Part shown: positions 58,235-64,000 of the stretch, one piece after another
Numbering within the stretch: the first letter of the stretch is position 1
Layout: the number at the start of each line of letters is the position of its first letter
DNA from: Macrostomum lignano
Taxonomy: Eukaryota
Length of the DNA: 64,000 bases
Direction of reading: 5' to 3'
NCBI GenBank assembly: GCA_002269645.1
Contig: NIVC01000875.1
Coordinates: 1 to 64,000, forward strand
Position numbers and translations under genes: made by a program
Notes under the pieces: model-generated
Told to the model about the DNA's origin: nothing
The model's database searches: none
Seen by the model: the letters and a program-made list of their open reading frames with translations, nothing else

Positions 58235-61200
58235 CTTAGGCAACTGCTCTAGGCAACTGCTCTAGGCAACTGCTCTAGGCAAATGCTCTAGGCATCTGCT
58301 CTAGGCAACTGCAACTGCTCTAGGCAACTGCAACTGCTCTAGGCAACTGCAACTGCTCTAGGCAACTGCAACTGCTCTAGGCAACTGCAACTGCTCTAGG
58401 CAACTGCAACTGCTCTAGGCAACTGCAACTGCTCTAGGCAACTGCAACTGCTCTAGGCAACTGCAACTGCTCTAGGCAACTGCAACTGCTCTAGGCAACT
58501 GCAACTGCTCTAGGCAACTGCAACTGCTCTAGGCAACTGCTCTAGGCAACTGCTCTAGGCAACTGCTCTAGGCAACTGCTCTAGGCAAATGCTCTAGGCA
58601 ACTGCTCTAGGCAAATGCTCTAGGCAACTGCTCTAGGCAACTGCTCTAGGCAACTGCAACTGCTCTAGGCATCTGCTCTAGGCAACTGCTCTAGGCAACT
58701 GCAACTGCTCTAGGCATCTGCTCTAGGCAACTGCAACTGCTCTAGGCAACTGCTCTAGGCAACTGCAACTGCTCTAGGCATCTGCTCTAGGCAACTGCAA
58801 CTGCTCTAGGCAACTGCAACTGCTCTAGGCAACTGCTCTAGGCAACTGCTCTAGGCAACTGCTCTAGGCAACTGCTCTAGACAACTGCTCTAGACAACTG
58901 CTCTAGACAACTGCTCTAGGAAACTGCAACTGCTCTAGACAACTGCTCTAGGCAACTGCTCTAGGCAACTGCAACTGCTCTAGGCATCTGCTCTAGGCAA
59001 CTGCAACTGCTCTAGGCAACTGCAACTGCTCTAGGCATCTGCTCTAGGCAACTGCAACTGCTCTAGGAAACTGCAACTGCTCTAGACAACTGCTCTAGGC
59101 AACTGCTCTAGGCAACTGCTCTAGGAAACTGCAACTGCTCTAGGCATCTGCTCTAGGCAACTGCAACTGCTCTAGGCAACTGCAACTGCTCTAGGCAACT
59201 GCTCTAGGCAACTGCTCTAGGCAACTGCTCTAGACAACTGCTCTAGGCAACTGCTCTAGACAACTGCTCTAGGCAAATGCTCTAGGCAACTGCTCTAGGC
59301 AACTGCAACTGCTCTAGGCATCTGCTCTAGGCAACTGCAACTGCTCTAGGCAACTGCAACTGCTCTAGGCAACTTCTCTAGGCATCTGCTCTAGGCAACT
59401 GCAACTGCTCTAGGCAACTGCAACTGCTCTAGGCAACTGCTCTAGGCAACTGCAACTGCTCTAGGCAACTGCTCTAGGCAACTGCTCTAGGCAACTGCTC
59501 TAGACAACTGCTCTAGGCATCTGCTCTAGACAACTGCTCTAGACAACTGCTCTAGACAACTGCTCTAGACAACTGCTCTAGACAACTGCTCTAGACAACT
59601 GCTCTAGACAACTGCTCTAGACAACTGCTCTAGGCAACTGCTCTAGACAACTGCTCTAGACAACTGCTCTAGACAACTGCTCTAGGCAACTGCTCTAGAC
59701 AACTGCTCTAGACAACTGCTCTAGGCAACTGCTCTAGACAACTGCTCTAGGCAACTGCTCTAGGCATCTGCTTTAGGCAACTGCTCTAGGCAACTGCTCT
59801 AGGCATCTGCTTTAGGCAACTGCTCTAGGCAACTGCTCTAGCCAACTGCTCTAGGCATCTGCTTTAGGCAACTGCTCTAGGCAACTGCTCTAGGCATCTG
59901 CTTTAGGCAACTGCTCTAGGCAACTGCTCTAGGCATCTGCTTTAGGCAACTGCAACTGCTCTAGGCAACTGCTCTAGGCAACTGCAACTGCTCTAGGCAA
60001 CTGCAAATGCTCTAGGAAACTGCAAATGCTCTAGGCAACTGCAACTGCTCTAGGCAACTGCTCTAGGCAACTGCTCTAGGCAACTGCTCTAGGCAACTGC
60101 AACTGCTCTAGGCAACTGCAAATGCTCTAGGAAACTGCAAATGCTCTAGGCAACTGCAACTGCTCTAGGCAACTGCTCTAGGCAACTGCTCTAGGCAACT
60201 GCTCTAGGCAACTGCTCTAGGCAAATGCTCTAGGCAACTGCTCTAGGCAAATGCTCTAGGCAACTGCTCTAGGCAACTGCTCTAGGCAACTGCAACTGCT
60301 CTAGGCATCTGCTCTAGGCAACTGCTCTAGGCAACTGCAACTGCTCTAGGCATCTGCTCTAGGCAACTGCAACTGCTCTAGGCAACTGCTCTAGGCAACT
60401 GCAACTGCTCTAGGCATCTGCTCTAGGCAACTGCAACTGCTCTAGGCAACTGCAACTGCTCTAGGCAACTGCTCTAGGCAACTGCTCTAGGCAACTGCTC
60501 TAGGCAACTGCTCTAGACAACTGCTCTAGACAACTGCTCTAGACAACTGCTCTAGGAAACTGCAACTGCTCTAGACAACTGCTCTAGGCAACTGCTCTAG
60601 GCAACTGCAACTGCTCTAGGCATCTGCTCTAGGCAACTGCAACTGCTCTAGGCATCTGCAACTGCTCTAGGCATCTGCTCTAGGCAACTGCAACTGCTCT
60701 AGGAAACTGCAACTGCTCTAGACAACTGCTCTAGGCAACTGCTCTAGGCAACTGCTCTAGGCAACTGCAACTGCTCTAGGCATCTGCTCTAGGCAACTGC
60801 AACTGCTCTAGGCAACTGCAACTGCTCTAGGCAACTGCTCTAGGCAACTGCTCTAGGCAACTGCTCTAGGCAACTGCTCTAGACAACTGCTCTAGACAAC
60901 TGCTCTAGACAACTGCTCTAGGCAACTGCTCTAGACAACTGCTCTAGGCAACTGCTCTAGAAAACTGCTCTAGGCAAATGCTCTAGGCAACTGCTCTAGG
61001 CAACTGCAACTGCTCTAGGCATCTGCTCTAGGCATCTGCTCTAGGCAACTGCAACTGCTCTAGGCAACTGCAACTGCTCTAGGCAACTGCTCTAGGCAAC
61101 TGCTCTAGGCAACTGCTCTAGGCAACTGCTCTAGGCAACTGCTCTAGACAACTGCTCTAGGCATCTGCTCTAGACAACTGCTCTAGACAATTGCTCTAGA

Positions 61201-61690
61201 CAACTGCTCTAGGCAACTGCTCTAGACAACTGCTCTAGACAACTGCTCTAGACAACTGCTCTAGACAACTGCTCTAGGCAACTGCTCTAGACAACTGCTC
61301 TAGACAACTGCTCTAGGCAACTGCTCTAGGCATCTGCTTTAGGCAACTGCTCTAGGCAACTGCTCTAGGCATCTGCTCTAGGCAACTGCTCTAGGCAACT
61401 GCTCTAGGCATCTGCTTTAGGCAACTGCTCTAGGCAACTGCTCTAGGCATCTGCTTTAGGCAACTGCTCTAGGCAACTGCTCTAGGCATCTGCTTTAGGC
61501 AACTGCTCTAGGCAACTGCTCTAGGCATCTGCTTTAGGCAACTGCAACTGCTCTAGGCAACTGCTCTAGGCAACTGCAACTGCTCTAGGCAACTGCAAAT
61601 GCTCTAGGAAACTGCAAATGCTCTCGGAAACTGCAACTGCTTTAGGAAACTGCAACTGCTCTAGGAAACTGCTCTAGGAAACTGCTCAGA
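58235..61690. repeat. 3.4-kb satellite, 13-bp unit GGCAACTGCTCTA with 19-bp (+GCAACT) variants
   Basis: Direct inspection. Confidence 0.98.
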
Positions 61691-62289
61691 GCTGCACAGT
61701 GCAACTGTTTTAAGCAAAATTATTTCCGAGTTTCGTAAAAAATTATTGCGCTTTTCCATCTATCTCTAGGCTTTTGATTTTAGAGGCCGAATACCAACCG
61801 TGTTCGTCATCAACTTTAACGAGATCGATGCATTCTGATCGAAGCGGTACAGCTTGCAGGACAGCATACCTTTTTTCTGGCTTGACCATCTCCCATTAGA
61901 CTGGAAATGGGAGTTCGCACTCTAGAGACAGATAAATGTCGCTCTCTTTGTAAACATACGTCGTGCATGCACATTTTATGGTATCATATCTTATTAAACA
62001 AACAGAAGCAACACCGTAGCACTGATCTCGCATATACTCACTTTAAAGTCCTCATATTCATCTCTAGAAAAACGACAATTAACAAACGTTAAACATAAAA
62101 CTTTGTAGAACATACCGAATTCCTATAAAATGTTATATCTTTGAACACATTTTCCTACTTTTAAGTAGAATATTGTGTACCAAACACGAATTTAGCTATG
62201 AGTCACATGCGAAAGTATTAAAAAAACTTCACCTATAAAAAGAGGTGAAGCAACTCTGCGATTCTTGGGCTTCGCCAAAAAGTATAGCA

Positions 62290-63166
62290 ATGCCTTGTCT
62301 GAGCACTCGCTACTCCCTGCTCATCGCCTGCTCTGCTCTCCTGCTGACCTGTGCGGTCCGTGGCAGAGAGTTCCAAGTTTCCTACATTGGCTGCTTTGTT
62401 GACGAGTCTGACAGGGACCTGAATGGGCTGACGGGAATCGACAGAGTCGGTGTTTTTGCCGTTGGCAATCAGCGCACAGAAAACTCGAACATGACTGTCG
62501 AGTTCTGCGGTGGCTTCTGCTCTCTGGGAGGCTTCCCGTACTTTGGAGTGCAGGACAAGATGCAGTGCTTTTGCGGCAGTTCCTACGGTCGTTTCGGAAT
62601 ATCTAATGAAGCCGATTGCAATTATCCTTGCTCGGGAAACTCGAGTCAGGTGTGCGGAGGCCGTTGGCGCAACTCGGTGTTCTCTCTGACCTATCCTAGT
62701 GAGTGTCCAATGGATGTCATCTAGGGTTGATAAAGGTTGACTGTAAACCAATGTTTCATGTTCCTTTTTAAATGATCTAACATTAAATTGGACAAAAAAC
62801 TGCCTCTTGTGTAAAATTTAAAACTGCCTCTGCATTCAGAAAAATTATTCTCTTTAGAAAGGTAGATCTATGCATTGACATAAATACTTTGTTGTCACGT
62901 GTCCTGCTGTCAACATTCATTTTATTCCAGAGCGGCGCTGCTTCAAGCAGTCGCAGATGCCCAGCCTCAACGTTTCGTCGACTCTACCGACCTCCTGGAG
63001 CATCGCCGCCCAAACAGCTCTGGACTGCCTGATCCCGTGCGAGGCTTCAGCTGACTGCCAGGCTGTGATTTTCTCTGGCCAGCAGCGCCTGTGCCACCTG
63101 TTGAGGTTCGCCTACCCGCCTGCCAGTCTGAGTATCACCGATGGAGACTACTTCGTGCGTGGATGA
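62290..63166 (+). CDS. Secreted WSC-domain protein with a C-terminal PAN/apple-like module; exons 62290-62698 and 62931-63166 (214 aa)
   Basis: Signal peptide; YIGCFVD...MTVEFCGGFC...YFGVQDKMQCFCG...CNYPCSGNSSQVCGGRWRNSVF (WSC); CLIPCEASADCQAVIF...LCHLL (PAN-like); in-phase intron. Confidence 0.88.
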
Positions 63167-64000
63167 AGTGCTGACTGATTGACCGATTGACATCACTTAT
63201 CAAAACCGGATTTTCTTAGACAAGCTTTAAACATATTTTAAACTATACGAGCGTAGAAATTTAGTGGCTTTGCTTGTTGTGGCTAACTGTTCTGCAATCA
63301 AGTAGAATAAATAGATTATAAAATTAAAGAGAAATAAAAAATTAATTCAGAAAACAATTTGGTGATTATTAGAAATGTAAGAACTTCATAGCTGTATGTT
63401 AAGCCTAATTGGCGTGTAGAGTATACTTCATTTCGCGATTTTCAGCCTAAAATATACTGAGTGACAGTTCGTCAGCCGTCATAAGTTCCTTTGGATGGAA
63501 AGGGCATTCGCAGAGTGAGATTGTGTGTGACTGGCTCAACCGATACACCAGGATACTAAGTGCTGGAAGTTGCGCTATTTACACGCAAAATCGGTACAGT
63601 AGGTTGAGAAGCCGTCTCCCTATAGAGCGCGAGCAGGTGCTTTGTGCAGCTTGTCTGTCTGCATTAAATTTGCCAGTGCTGAAGAGAATCAGAAGCATCT
63701 GTGTTCGCGCGGCTCATGCTAGAATGCTAATTGCCAGTGGGAATATCCAAGTCTATGCAATTGTTTTTAGTCCCAACAGTGGTTGCCATCCAACACTAGG
63801 AAACTATTGAGAATCAGGCCTTTGTTTTTCCTGATAAGCATTCATTTTTAGACACGTTGAGGAGAAACTTAAGTGGAAGATGTGCAAGTTCATATTTTAA
63901 CTACCTCTCATTTGGGAAGCTATTCAGCTGAGCACAGTATACTTAACACGTCTTCTTTTCTGCCAATCCGGATTCTCAATTTAGAAATTTTGCGCTTTGG

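Overview
Eukaryotic (animal) genomic DNA with GC-rich exons, short GT-AG introns and introns or intergenic spacers filled with minisatellites. The style suggests a free-living flatworm such as Macrostomum, which is an inference only. Nine spliced host genes could be assembled by hand with consistent exon phases: MKK7 (one-base frameshift at the last exon), COMMD2, LSM14, PACRG, a tetraspanin, a PGP/PDXP-type HAD phosphatase, an ankyrin+SOCS-box protein, a PLA2G15/LCAT-like lipase and a secreted WSC+PAN protein. The 15.4-27 kb intergenic block is a nest of DNA elements. The most interesting is an intron-containing Crypton-type tyrosine recombinase gene lying between two ~240-260 bp direct repeats that carry a palindrome and 17-bp iterated motifs. 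The block also has two divergently oriented copies of a degenerate 28S rRNA H69-H71 segment (the R2/I-PpoI target), an internally deleted hAT element with perfect TIRs and an 8-bp TSD, and several MITEs. Other items are three copies of a tRNA-derived CORE-like SINE, an EnSpm-like non-autonomous element, a TRIM-like direct-repeat unit, a Stealth-like remnant and about 20 tandem arrays. Coordinates were counted by eye and repeat edges are approximate.
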